Shown: in pieces, positions 1 through 8,640 of the stretch | Numbering within the stretch: the stretch's first letter is position 1 | Layout: every line of letters starts with the position of its first letter | Source of the DNA: Methanomicrobiales archaeon | GTDB lineage: Archaea > Halobacteriota > Methanomicrobia > Methanomicrobiales > Methanospirillaceae | Assembly: GCA_013415575.1 (NCBI GenBank) | Contig: JAAEES010000009.1 | Span: 1 to 35,437, forward strand | Direction: 5' to 3' | DNA length: 35,437 nucleotides | Position numbers and translations under genes: made by a program | Notes under the pieces: model-generated | What the model was told of the DNA's origin: nothing | Databases searched by the model: none | Seen by the model: only the letters and a program-made list of their open reading frames with translations

Positions 1-192
1 TACCTCACCCCGTTTTCGTGGGCCCTCGCCAACACCACCCTGCATACCGGAACAACCATTGTGGGCCACCCGGGGGGTATCCTCGATGAAATCCTCTACA
101 ACACGAGGGGGCTTGATACCGTGGTGGAGACGACCATCCTGTTCATCGCCTTTGCCATCGCCTCCTACATCTTCAGGAAGGGATCGCCGTGA
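1..192 (+). CDS. ehaF: Eha hydrogenase membrane subunit F (DUF2106-like), 3' partial
   Basis: Frame 1 reads YLTPFSWALANTTLHTGTTIVGHPGGILDEILYNTRGLDTVVETTILFIAFAIASYIFRKGSP*. It has an MnhB-like RGLDT..E motif, and its TGA overlaps the GTG of the next gene. Confidence 0.75.
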   Translation, partial: YLTPFSWALANTTLHTGTTIVGHPGGILDEILYNTRGLDTVVETTILFIAFAIASYIFRKGSP

Positions 193-794
193 CCGGTGCT
201 CTGTATTCCTGGGGGCTCCTGGTGGTTCTTGGCTCAGCAGTAATCGGATTTGCCGCTCTTGCAATTGAGAAAGACGACCTCCACCGCCTCCTCCTCATCG
301 ACCTCGTGGAGATCGCCTCCATCGGGATCATAGCCCTCATCGGCACGGATCTTGCCGAGGCGCTCATCCTGCCCGGCCTGGTGGTGGGAATCGCCGAACT
401 CCTCGCCCTTTCGCAGATTTACCTGATGAAAGAGGATCTTCGGGACCGCACTGTACGGATTCCCAAAATCGAGGTTCTGCAGGAGTTGCCGGCACCGCTC
501 ATACTTTCGATGATTCTCATCGTATACGGGATTATCCTCTCCGGGTTTACGGGCGGAGCGGTTGCCGGCCTCGGTGCAATTTTCTTTATCGCGGCCCGGA
601 CCCGTACCGAAGACCTCCATCTGCTTGAGCTGGCGAGCGGGCTCTCCTGGGTGCTCTGGATTGCCGCGTTCTTTGTCTTCATGTTCCTGCCGGAGTACTG
701 GTATCTTGCTCTGATGGGTGCAGCAGTCGGCATCCTGATCAAGGTGATCACCAAGATGTCCCTGATGGGTGTAATGTGGGAGGCACGGTCATGA
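189..794 (+). CDS. ehaG: Eha hydrogenase membrane subunit G (DUF2105-like)
   Basis: Multi-TM protein with GTDLAEALILPGLVV and LSGFTGGAVAG motifs; position in the eha operon. Confidence 0.75.
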   Translation: MTGALYSWGLLVVLGSAVIGFAALAIEKDDLHRLLLIDLVEIASIGIIALIGTDLAEALILPGLVVGIAELLALSQIYLMKEDLRDRTVRIPKIEVLQELPAPLILSMILIVYGIILSGFTGGAVAGLGAIFFIAARTRTEDLHLLELASGLSWVLWIAAFFVFMFLPEYWYLALMGAAVGILIKVITKMSLMGVMWEARS

Positions 795-1447
795 TCGGCG
801 CAGGAGGATCTCCGTTCATGTATCTCGAATTCGGAGACATCGTGATCTATTTCTCCCCGTATACCCTCTCACTCTTCCTGCTCGCCCTCGTATTCACCGT
901 GCTGGTGATCGCGAGCCGGCCTGAACGGCAGCTCGATATCGCATTCGGAGCAGATGCGTACACCACCAAGGATATCGGTCTTCCCGAAATGAGGTTCCGG
1001 CGGTTCATGGCTATTGCCTGCGGACTTGCATCCATGGGTGCGATGGTGACCGGGGATGTCTTTGATTTCTGCCTGTTCACCTCCCTTGTCGGGATCTGTA
1101 ACGTCGGTATCGTTGCCGCGGTCAGGAGCCGCCATGTCCAGAACGCAGCCTTCCAGTACGGGCTGGTCGCGCTGGCGGGGACCGTTCCGCTCTTTGGTGG
1201 GGCTGCAATCGTAGCGGCGACCACAGGGACCCTTTCCCTGATCGAGCTTTCCAGCACGGCTCTCCCGGCAGTCCCCGCCGTAGTGAAAGGATTCCTGGTT
1301 TTAGGGGTGATGGGAGAGGGAATGGCACCCTTCTACGCAGCAAAAGCGGAGATGTTCAGGGCACCGGGAGCACCGTACGTGATCATGTGCTCACTCTCGT
1401 CGCTGCTGATCTTTCTCCGGGTCATCGAGGTCGTGCTCCAGGTGTGA
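791..1447 (+). CDS. ehaH: Eha hydrogenase antiporter-like membrane subunit H
   Basis: Hydrophobic; NAAFQYG and GMAPFYAAKAEMFRAPGAP motifs resemble NuoL/M/N-type helices. Start set to the ATG at 791 (ATGA overlap with the upstream stop). Confidence 0.72.
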   Translation: MIGAGGSPFMYLEFGDIVIYFSPYTLSLFLLALVFTVLVIASRPERQLDIAFGADAYTTKDIGLPEMRFRRFMAIACGLASMGAMVTGDVFDFCLFTSLVGICNVGIVAAVRSRHVQNAAFQYGLVALAGTVPLFGGAAIVAATTGTLSLIELSSTALPAVPAVVKGFLVLGVMGEGMAPFYAAKAEMFRAPGAPYVIMCSLSSLLIFLRVIEVVLQV

Positions 1448-1455
1448 GGTTTACA

Positions 1456-1659
1456 ATGAAGAAGAAGACAGCGTTCTGGCTGATGGTCACCGTGGCGGTC
1501 ATCGCCGTTCTCGCCCTGATCCTTTCGGAGACGGGAACCATACCGGAGTGGCTCTACCTGGCAGTGCTCGTTGCAGGCTTTCCCTTGTTCGTCCTGTTCC
1601 TCGGGCTCTGGTGGATGGCCCGGGAAGGAGACGCAGATATACCGTTCATGGGGTACTGA
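1456..1659 (+). CDS. Small 2-TM Eha subunit (EhaI position)
   Basis: MKKKTAFWLM...DIPFMGY, 67 aa, two TM segments; GAGGT upstream; lies between ehaH and ehaJ. Confidence 0.65.
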   Translation: MKKKTAFWLMVTVAVIAVLALILSETGTIPEWLYLAVLVAGFPLFVLFLGLWWMAREGDADIPFMGY

Positions 1660-1660
1660 G

Positions 1661-2503
1661 ATGATTCCCTACCTGCTCTTCGCAACGTTCTTCGGTCTCC
1701 TCCTCCTCGGCATACACCGGAAGCTGATCGCCCGTATCCAGCGGCGCCCCGGGCCGCCGATCTGGCAGGAAATACTTCATACACTCAAGTTTTCCTTCAA
1801 GAGCACCTGGATCCCGGCAACGGCGAGCGAAGTCCTCTTTGTTTCAGTGGTGCTGATCGCCATCGGGATATGGACGGCGGCATTCTTTGTTCTGGTCACT
1901 GGAGGAAGCCTCCTGATCATCTTTGCCATCTATATGCTCCACAAGATTGTCGAGCACGGGTTCGGGCTCTCCTCGGGATCGCCCTACGGAAAGTTCGGAG
2001 GGGTCAGGTCGGTCATTTCTGCGGCATCAGAGATACCCCTGTTCGTGAGTGTTTCAGCGGTGGCCATTTTCACGGGTTCGCTCCAGATCTCGGATATCAT
2101 TGCTTACCAGGCAGAAACAGGACCACTCCTCTTCACCATTCCGCTCGCAGCCATCGCCCTGTACCTGGTCATCCTCTCCAAGGTCCCCGCATCCCCCTTC
2201 GCCATCGTGGAGAGCAAGGAGATCGTGAGCGGGTACAAGACCGAGCACTTCGGAGTCTGGCGGGCAGGCCTTGAAACCTGTAACGGGCTCAAGAGCTATG
2301 TCCTGCTCCTCACCTTCATCACGGTCTTCATCGGGGCTCTTCCCTTCCTCGGCATCCTGCTGACCATGCTCCTGCTCGTCGTATCCCTCGCATTTGTGTG
2401 CGCGCTCTGCCCCATGCTGTCTCCCTTTGACAGTGTAACAATCCAGACGATTATTACCGGTATCATGCTGATATATGTACTATACCTGGGGGTATTCGGA
2501 TGA
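1661..2503 (+). CDS. ehaJ: Eha subunit J (complex I NuoH family)
   Basis: HRKLIARIQRRPGPP, SGSPYGKFGGVRS and PFAIVESKEIVSGYKTEH are NuoH/HycD motifs; ATG at 1661. Confidence 0.88.
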   Translation: MIPYLLFATFFGLLLLGIHRKLIARIQRRPGPPIWQEILHTLKFSFKSTWIPATASEVLFVSVVLIAIGIWTAAFFVLVTGGSLLIIFAIYMLHKIVEHGFGLSSGSPYGKFGGVRSVISAASEIPLFVSVSAVAIFTGSLQISDIIAYQAETGPLLFTIPLAAIALYLVILSKVPASPFAIVESKEIVSGYKTEHFGVWRAGLETCNGLKSYVLLLTFITVFIGALPFLGILLTMLLLVVSLAFVCALCPMLSPFDSVTIQTIITGIMLIYVLYLGVFG

Positions 2504-2742
2504 TCCGGAAGATCCTCCTCGCTGCCGTTATCGTCTATATCGCGGTGAGCACGGCCCAGATCATCCAGAGACCCTCGACCGCCCCGGAAGGAGTGGTGAT
2601 CGGCGCCGCCCTGCTTGCGGTAATCTCATTTTCTTATATGAGGGACGAGCAGGGTCTTGCGAAGTGGGAAGGTACCGCCGTCTGGCTTGCTGTCTTCCTC
2701 TTTGTACTCTATGGAATACTGAAATATGCGGGTGTGCTATGA
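2500..2742 (+). CDS. Small 3-TM membrane protein in the eha operon (EhaK/L position)
   Basis: 80 aa, hydrophobic, ATGA overlaps on both sides. Confidence 0.65.
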   Translation: MIRKILLAAVIVYIAVSTAQIIQRPSTAPEGVVIGAALLAVISFSYMRDEQGLAKWEGTAVWLAVFLFVLYGILKYAGVL

Positions 2743-3128
2743 GCGGGTATCTCTATGAAAAGGATCTCTCCTCGATGAAGTATGCCATCCTCACCAGCAC
2801 CCGCCATGACCGGATGGTACGGGAGATTGCAGATGACCTCGGCATCCCCCAGCTCAGACTTCGGCGATATATCATGGACCAGTTTGACATGCTGCTGATG
2901 GAGAACCTGCCGGCACGGTATGAACAGGGAAAGAGGCTGACGGCAGAGGCACCTGCGGCTGAGCGTGACCTGAAGACGCACCTCTATTCACGGGCCGTCC
3001 CGCTCATTCAGGAAGAGCAGATGGAATGTATCTTTTCCCGGGTGAAGGAAATGATGGAGAATGGAATGCCTGAAAAGGAAGCCGTTTCAGCCGGCAGACG
3101 CCTGATCCGGGAGGCAATCCTGGCATGA
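2739..3128 (+). CDS. ehaM: Eha soluble subunit M (DUF1959-like)
   Basis: MSGYLYEKDL...FDMLLMENLPARYEQGK; directly upstream of the small subunit; ATGA overlap. Confidence 0.7.
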   Translation: MSGYLYEKDLSSMKYAILTSTRHDRMVREIADDLGIPQLRLRRYIMDQFDMLLMENLPARYEQGKRLTAEAPAAERDLKTHLYSRAVPLIQEEQMECIFSRVKEMMENGMPEKEAVSAGRRLIREAILA

Positions 3129-3580
3129 GCCTGCTCCAGAGGGTCAAGAACTTCGTCCGGTCTAAATCAATACACGTTGCCTACGTCGATGTGGGTTCGT
3201 GCAACGGATGCGATATCGAGGTGCTCGCCTGCCTCTCTCCCCGGTATGATATCGAGCAGTATGGTATCTATGTCCACAACAATCCGCGGGAGGCAGACAT
3301 CCTCCTGGTCATCGGGGCATTTACCCCTGGCTGGGAGGAGAAGCTCCGGAGTGTGTGGGAAAAGATACCTGATCCCAAGGCGGCAATAGCTATCGGGAAC
3401 TGTCCGATCTCCGGGTGCGTGTTCAACCGCCCGCACAGCCTCATCGACCCGCCGGTTGCGAAGCATATCCCCATTTCCGCACAGGTTCCGGGGTGCCCCC
3501 CGCGCCCGACCGAGATCCTCTCTGCGGTGCTTGCTGTGGCTCCGGTTGTTTTCAAGGACTATGAGGTGAAGAAGCGATGA
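3125..3580 (+). CDS. ehaN: Group 4 [NiFe]-hydrogenase small subunit (NuoB-like)
   Basis: GSCNGCDIE, NPREAD, IGNCPISG and VPGCPPRP motifs. Confidence 0.92.
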   Translation: MSLLQRVKNFVRSKSIHVAYVDVGSCNGCDIEVLACLSPRYDIEQYGIYVHNNPREADILLVIGAFTPGWEEKLRSVWEKIPDPKAAIAIGNCPISGCVFNRPHSLIDPPVAKHIPISAQVPGCPPRPTEILSAVLAVAPVVFKDYEVKKR

Positions 3581-4665
3581 AGCGGACCGTGGATGTCTCA
3601 ATACCTGTCGGGCCGGTGCACCCCTGCTGGAAAGAACCGGCACGGGTGAAGTGCGAGACAAAGGGAGAGTACGTTCTCTCGGCAGAGGTGGAACTCGGCT
3701 ACATGAAGAAGGGAATCGAGCGGATTATGCGGGGACGGCCCTGGCAGGAAGTGATGTTCCTTGCAGAACGGGTGTGCGGGATCTGCTCGGTCATCCACAA
3801 TATGGTCTTCATCGAGGCACTCGAGGCTATCAGCAGTATTCCGGTTCCCGATCGCGCCGCGCTTCTCAGAGTCGTTGTCAATGAACTCGACAGGATGCAG
3901 AGCCATATCCTTGCCAACTTCTCATACTGCTACACCATCGAACATGAGACGCTCGGGATGTACCTGCTCGATGTCAGGGAGAAAGTGATGGACGAGCTGG
4001 AGCGGATCACCGGTGCACGGGTGACCTGCGCCTATATCGTTCCCGGGGGAGTCCGGTTCGATCTCCGGGCTGAAGACGCGTTGCACCTCCGGGCGAACCT
4101 CGCTGCAATCGAAGAAGAGATCACCCGGTATATGGGGATGTTCGAGAACGGTCCGCTGATCGCACTCCGGAGCAGGGAGATAGGGATCCTCACCAGGGAG
4201 GCCGCACAAGAAGCCTGTGCAGTCGGCCCGACGGCGCGGGCGAGCGGCATGCCGGAGACCGACCGGAGGCTCCGCCACCCGACCTATCAGAAGCTCGGGT
4301 TTACCCCGGTATCCAGGGAAGAAGGAGATAACTATGCCCGGATCATGATGCGGTTCCAGGAGGTCCTCCAGAGCATCGCCCTCATACGGATGTGCCTCGA
4401 CAGTCTGCCTGAAGGACCAATCCGCGGCGGCGGAATCCCCGGTGCCGGCGAAATAGCCTACTCTGGTGAAGCCCCTCGGGGAGAACTCTCCTACTTTATC
4501 AAAACCGATGCTGCGGGCAGGGTGCTTGACATCGCTATCCAGACCCCGTCCATCATGAATATCGAGGCCTGCTGTCACTACATGCTCAAGGGAGTGGCAT
4601 CGCTCGCGGATGTACCGTCGACCTTCGTCTCTTCAGACCCGTGCATCGCCTGCACGGAGCGGTGA
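3577..4665 (+). CDS. ehaO: Group 4 [NiFe]-hydrogenase large subunit
   Basis: GPVHP, L1 ERVCGICS and L2 DPCIACTER* with no C-terminal extension, as in Ech/Eha/Ehb. Confidence 0.93.
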   Translation: MKRTVDVSIPVGPVHPCWKEPARVKCETKGEYVLSAEVELGYMKKGIERIMRGRPWQEVMFLAERVCGICSVIHNMVFIEALEAISSIPVPDRAALLRVVVNELDRMQSHILANFSYCYTIEHETLGMYLLDVREKVMDELERITGARVTCAYIVPGGVRFDLRAEDALHLRANLAAIEEEITRYMGMFENGPLIALRSREIGILTREAAQEACAVGPTARASGMPETDRRLRHPTYQKLGFTPVSREEGDNYARIMMRFQEVLQSIALIRMCLDSLPEGPIRGGGIPGAGEIAYSGEAPRGELSYFIKTDAAGRVLDIAIQTPSIMNIEACCHYMLKGVASLADVPSTFVSSDPCIACTER

Positions 4666-4666
4666 T

Positions 4667-5278
4667 ATGGCGCTCTCACTCACCTACTATCTCAAAGAGT
4701 TCTTCCGGCTCGAATGGCTGCAGAAGTTCCTGTTCGTGAGGACTGTCCCGCTTGTTACCCCTCCCTACTTCAGGAACTTTCCCGAGCTCACCGGAAAGAC
4801 CTGCACTCACCACCTCTTCTGTATGATGGCCTGCCCTGCCCCGGGTGCGATCGATGTGATCCGGACACCGGAAGGATGGCAGCCGAGGATTCACCTGGGC
4901 CACTGTATCAGGTGCGGGCTCTGTGTCGAAGCCTGCCCGAACGGAGTGCTCACCAGCGGGCGCATTCTCGAGACCATGTTTTATGACAATACTGCACTCT
5001 CGTTCTCGTTCCGGATCGATGTGGATACGGACCGGTGCATGGGTTGCGGGAACTGTGCGGTCGCCTGCCCCGTGAATAAGCTGATCGATGCCCAGATGTC
5101 ATTCGGCGGCAGGGCATCTACCGATGACCTCCTGCTCAAGGTAAGTGAGGGGAAATGCCAGGTGCTTCACGTGGAGAAGTGCACAGGGTGCAAAACCTGT
5201 GAACATCACTGCCCGAACGAGGCCATATCAGTGGCCCGACTCCTGGAAGCGGTCCACGCCCCGGAGGAGGAGCTATGA
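4667..5278 (+). CDS. 4x[4Fe-4S] ferredoxin-type protein: N-half NuoI/EchF-like, C-half FwdG-like
   Basis: Motifs CTHHLFCMMACP, CIRCGLCVEACP, CMGCGNCAVACPVN and CTGCKTCEHHCP; ATG at 4667, 203 aa. Confidence 0.85.
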   Translation: MALSLTYYLKEFFRLEWLQKFLFVRTVPLVTPPYFRNFPELTGKTCTHHLFCMMACPAPGAIDVIRTPEGWQPRIHLGHCIRCGLCVEACPNGVLTSGRILETMFYDNTALSFSFRIDVDTDRCMGCGNCAVACPVNKLIDAQMSFGGRASTDDLLLKVSEGKCQVLHVEKCTGCKTCEHHCPNEAISVARLLEAVHAPEEEL

Positions 5279-5664
5279 GAGGTATCCTGAACACAGGGAG
5301 GACCATCCGGCAGGGATCATATGTGGAACGGAAGAACAGTCCTGCATACCGGGAGGAAGCTGCCTCACTGCACATGAACCAGGTAGATATGCTGGATCTG
5401 GAACTCGAAGAGGGGAGCCACGTGAGGGTGAGATCCGACCAGGGTGCGGTGGTGATGGTAGCACGCCCGGCCGACGGGCTGGCCCGGGGAGAAGTCTTTG
5501 TCTGCCTCGGCCCGTATGCAAATTTCCTGGTGAACCCTGAGACGCACGGTACCGGGATGCCGGATTTCAAGACCACCCCCGTAACCATTGAGCCCACAAC
5601 AGAGCAGGTTCCCACGGTCCGTGAGATCATGGAACGGTATGGAGGAGTCGGCTATGAAGATTGA
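5275..5664 (+). CDS. fwdD: Formylmethanofuran dehydrogenase subunit D
   Basis: LNTGRTIRQG, GPYANFLV and ETHGTGMPDFK; molybdopterin dinucleotide-binding domain. Confidence 0.9.
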   Translation: MRGILNTGRTIRQGSYVERKNSPAYREEAASLHMNQVDMLDLELEEGSHVRVRSDQGAVVMVARPADGLARGEVFVCLGPYANFLVNPETHGTGMPDFKTTPVTIEPTTEQVPTVREIMERYGGVGYED

Positions 5665-6943
5665 AGATGTGGTCTGTACGTTCTGCGGGTGTCTCTGCGA
5701 TGATCTTGTCGTGGAAGTTGAAAATAACCGTGTCATCAGCGTTGAGAACGGCTGCACACTTGCCAATGAGAAGTTCATGGGAGACCACCGGCTGAAATCA
5801 CCGATCCGGAGAGAAGGGAACGGCTGGAAAGCACTCTCCTATGATGATGCTATCCGGGAAACCGCAGAAATACTACTCGATGCCGATCGACCTCTCCTCT
5901 ACGGCTGGAGCGGAACGCACGGGGAAGCCCAGAGCGTTGGTGTCCACCTTGCCGAACTCCTCGGAGCGGTGATCGACAACACCTCTACCGTGTGCCATGG
6001 ACCGTCCATCATGGCCATCCAGGAGGTGGGGCACCCGGGATGTACGCTCGGACAGGTGAAGAACCGGGCCGATGTCATCGTGTACTGGGGGGCAAACCCC
6101 ATCGATGCCCATCCGCGGCATATGAGCCGCTACACCACGTATGCAGACGGTTTCTTCGTGAAGGAGGCATTCAAAGAACGAAAGGTGATCGTGGTCGATG
6201 TCCGGAAGACCGAGTCATCTGCGGTTGCCGATGAATTCGTTAAGGTGGAAAGAGGGGGCGATTATGCAATACTCTCGGCCCTGAGAGCGATTGTCCGGGG
6301 GAAGCGGGACCTCATCCCCAAACAGGTCGCCGGAGTAACCCGGGAGCAGCTCTTCAGGGTCGCCGACATCTGCATAAATGCAAAATTCGGGGCAATCTTC
6401 TTCGGCCTCGGCCTCACCATGTCGCCCGGAAAGTACAAGAATATCCGGAATGCAATCGAGCTGACGGAGGAGCTTAACCGGCATACAAAGTTCACCATCT
6501 CACCGATGCGGGGGCACTGGAATGTGTACGGTTCAAACGAGGTCTTCACCTGGATCACCGGCTATCCTTATGCCGTTGATTTTGCACGGGGGATCGCATT
6601 CTACAACCCGGGCGAGACAACCAGTGTGGACATCCTCAAACGGGGTGAGTGTGATGCCTGCCTGGTGGTGGCAAGCGATCCGGGAGCTCACTTCCCCCGT
6701 GCATGCGCCGAGCATCTCGCCCGCATCCCTACGGTCCAGATCGATCCACACGTCAATGCGACCACCCACCTGGCCACGCTCCAGATCCCGGTTGCCGTCA
6801 CCGGCATTGATGCAGAGGGGACGGCATACCGGATGGACGGGGTGCCCATCCGGACACGAAAGCTCTTTGATGGAACCTATCCGAGCGACTTCGATATCCT
6901 CGGGAAAATCTATGAGCAGGTGAAGGAGGTAAAGGGATCATGA
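5654..6943 (+). CDS. fwdB: Formylmethanofuran dehydrogenase subunit B (Cys form; W vs Mo not determinable)
   Basis: CTFCGCLCDD, STVCHGPS, HPRHMSRY, PMRGHWNV and GTAYRMDGVP; ATG at 5654 after GGAGG. Confidence 0.93.
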   Translation: MKIEDVVCTFCGCLCDDLVVEVENNRVISVENGCTLANEKFMGDHRLKSPIRREGNGWKALSYDDAIRETAEILLDADRPLLYGWSGTHGEAQSVGVHLAELLGAVIDNTSTVCHGPSIMAIQEVGHPGCTLGQVKNRADVIVYWGANPIDAHPRHMSRYTTYADGFFVKEAFKERKVIVVDVRKTESSAVADEFVKVERGGDYAILSALRAIVRGKRDLIPKQVAGVTREQLFRVADICINAKFGAIFFGLGLTMSPGKYKNIRNAIELTEELNRHTKFTISPMRGHWNVYGSNEVFTWITGYPYAVDFARGIAFYNPGETTSVDILKRGECDACLVVASDPGAHFPRACAEHLARIPTVQIDPHVNATTHLATLQIPVAVTGIDAEGTAYRMDGVPIRTRKLFDGTYPSDFDILGKIYEQVKEVKGS

Positions 6944-8640
6944 CCGGACTGCTGGTGAAGAACGCCTATGTCATCGATCCGCTCTCGGGAGTAAACGGCG
7001 AGATCATGGATATCGCCGTCCGGGACGGAAAGATCGTGGAAGACGTGAGGAGCGGTGCAGTGGTCATCGATGCCGGAGGCTGTCTGACGCTCCCCGGGGG
7101 GATCGACTCCCATTCCCATGTCTGCGGGACCAAGGTGAATTTCGGACGATACATGAGTCCCGAGGATATGCGGGCAGGAAGAACGGCCCGGAAAGGAGCC
7201 ATGCACGTAACATCGGGATACAGTGTCCCGACCACCTTCGGGAACTCCTACCGGTACAGTGCTATGGGATACACGACGGTACTTGAGGGCGCAATGGCGC
7301 CGCTTGAGGCCCGCCATACCCACGAGGAGTTCACCGCCACGCCACATCAGGACATGCTGGCGAACACCCTCTTCGACGGGAACTGGTCGATCATGGAGGC
7401 GGTGCGGGACAAGGATATGAAGCGTGCCGCGGCCGTGGTTGCCTGGACGCTCGCTGCGGTAAAGGGATTTGCCATCAAGCTGACAAATCCCGGGGGAACC
7501 GAGGCCTGGGGGTGGGGGGAGGATGTCCACAGCATCCGCGATGAGGTGCCCCACTTCGGGGTCACCCCTGCCGAGATCATTGAGACCATGATCCAGGCAA
7601 ACGAGCTCCTCAACCTCCCGCATTCAGTCCATATCCACTGTAACAACCTCGGTGTGCCAGGCAACTACCAGACCACCCTCGACACCATCAATCTTGCTCC
7701 CGATCTCAACAAGGATCGCCAGAGCCTGTACCTGACACACGTGCAGTTCCATTCGTATGGTGGTTCGACCTGGCAGGATATCTGCTCGAAATCTGAGGAT
7801 ATTGCCAGGGCGGTGAATGCCAGACCCCAGGTAGCCATCGACATGGGACAGATCATGTTCGGGCGGACCACAACCATGACCGCTGACGGCCCGATGGAAT
7901 GGAAGCTCTACATGCTCCACCACAACAAGTGGAGTAACCATGACGTGGAGCTGGAGACCGGATCGGGCATTATCCCGGTCTACTACGGGAGAAAGAGCCT
8001 GGTCAACTGCGTAATGTGGGCGATAGGTCTCGAACTTGCCCTGCTGACGGAGAATCCCTGGCAGTGCATGCTCGCCACCGACAACCCGAACGGGGCTCCC
8101 TTTGTGAAATATCCCGAGATCATCGCCTTGCTGATGAGCCGCAAACTCCGCGAGTACGAAATGAAAGTGATCGATCCCAGGACCGAGCATTTTGTCCCCC
8201 TCTTTGCCATCGACCGGGAGCTCGACTGGTACGAGATTGCGGTAATGACCCGGGCAGCACAGGCAAAAGCCCTCGGCATTACCCGGATCGGCAAGGGACA
8301 CCTCGCCCCGGGGGCAGAGGCCGACATCGCCATCTATCCCCTGAAACCCGACGAACTCGATCCGACTGTCGATTACCAACAGGTGATGGCCGGGTTCGCA
8401 AAGACGAGATATACCATCAAGCGGGGGCGGGTGGTGGCGCGCGATGGGGAAGTCATCGTGGAAGGGGCGAACAGCACCATCTGGAGCAGGTCAGATGTCC
8501 CGCCCGAATATGACCTGAACCAGGATCCCGAGTTTGTGAAGAAGTTTGAACAGTACTACACCGTGAGAATGAGGAATTACCCGGTTCAGGACGTCTACCT
8601 GCCCCGGGGACTCTGCATCAGAACTGAGGCATCGCTATGA
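6940..8640 (+). CDS. fwdA: Formylmethanofuran dehydrogenase subunit A (amidohydrolase)
   Basis: GIDSHSH, IKLTNPGG, HIHCNNLG, THVQFHSYGG and TDNPNGAPF. Confidence 0.94.
   Translation: MTGLLVKNAYVIDPLSGVNGEIMDIAVRDGKIVEDVRSGAVVIDAGGCLTLPGGIDSHSHVCGTKVNFGRYMSPEDMRAGRTARKGAMHVTSGYSVPTTFGNSYRYSAMGYTTVLEGAMAPLEARHTHEEFTATPHQDMLANTLFDGNWSIMEAVRDKDMKRAAAVVAWTLAAVKGFAIKLTNPGGTEAWGWGEDVHSIRDEVPHFGVTPAEIIETMIQANELLNLPHSVHIHCNNLGVPGNYQTTLDTINLAPDLNKDRQSLYLTHVQFHSYGGSTWQDICSKSEDIARAVNARPQVAIDMGQIMFGRTTTMTADGPMEWKLYMLHHNKWSNHDVELETGSGIIPVYYGRKSLVNCVMWAIGLELALLTENPWQCMLATDNPNGAPFVKYPEIIALLMSRKLREYEMKVIDPRTEHFVPLFAIDRELDWYEIAVMTRAAQAKALGITRIGKGHLAPGAEADIAIYPLKPDELDPTVDYQQVMAGFAKTRYTIKRGRVVARDGEVIVEGANSTIWSRSDVPPEYDLNQDPEFVKKFEQYYTVRMRNYPVQDVYLPRGLCIRTEASL

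Noticed and set aside
5980..6010. Selenocysteine form of FwdB
   Set aside because: The active-site codon in STVCHGP is TGC (Cys), and there is no in-frame TGA.
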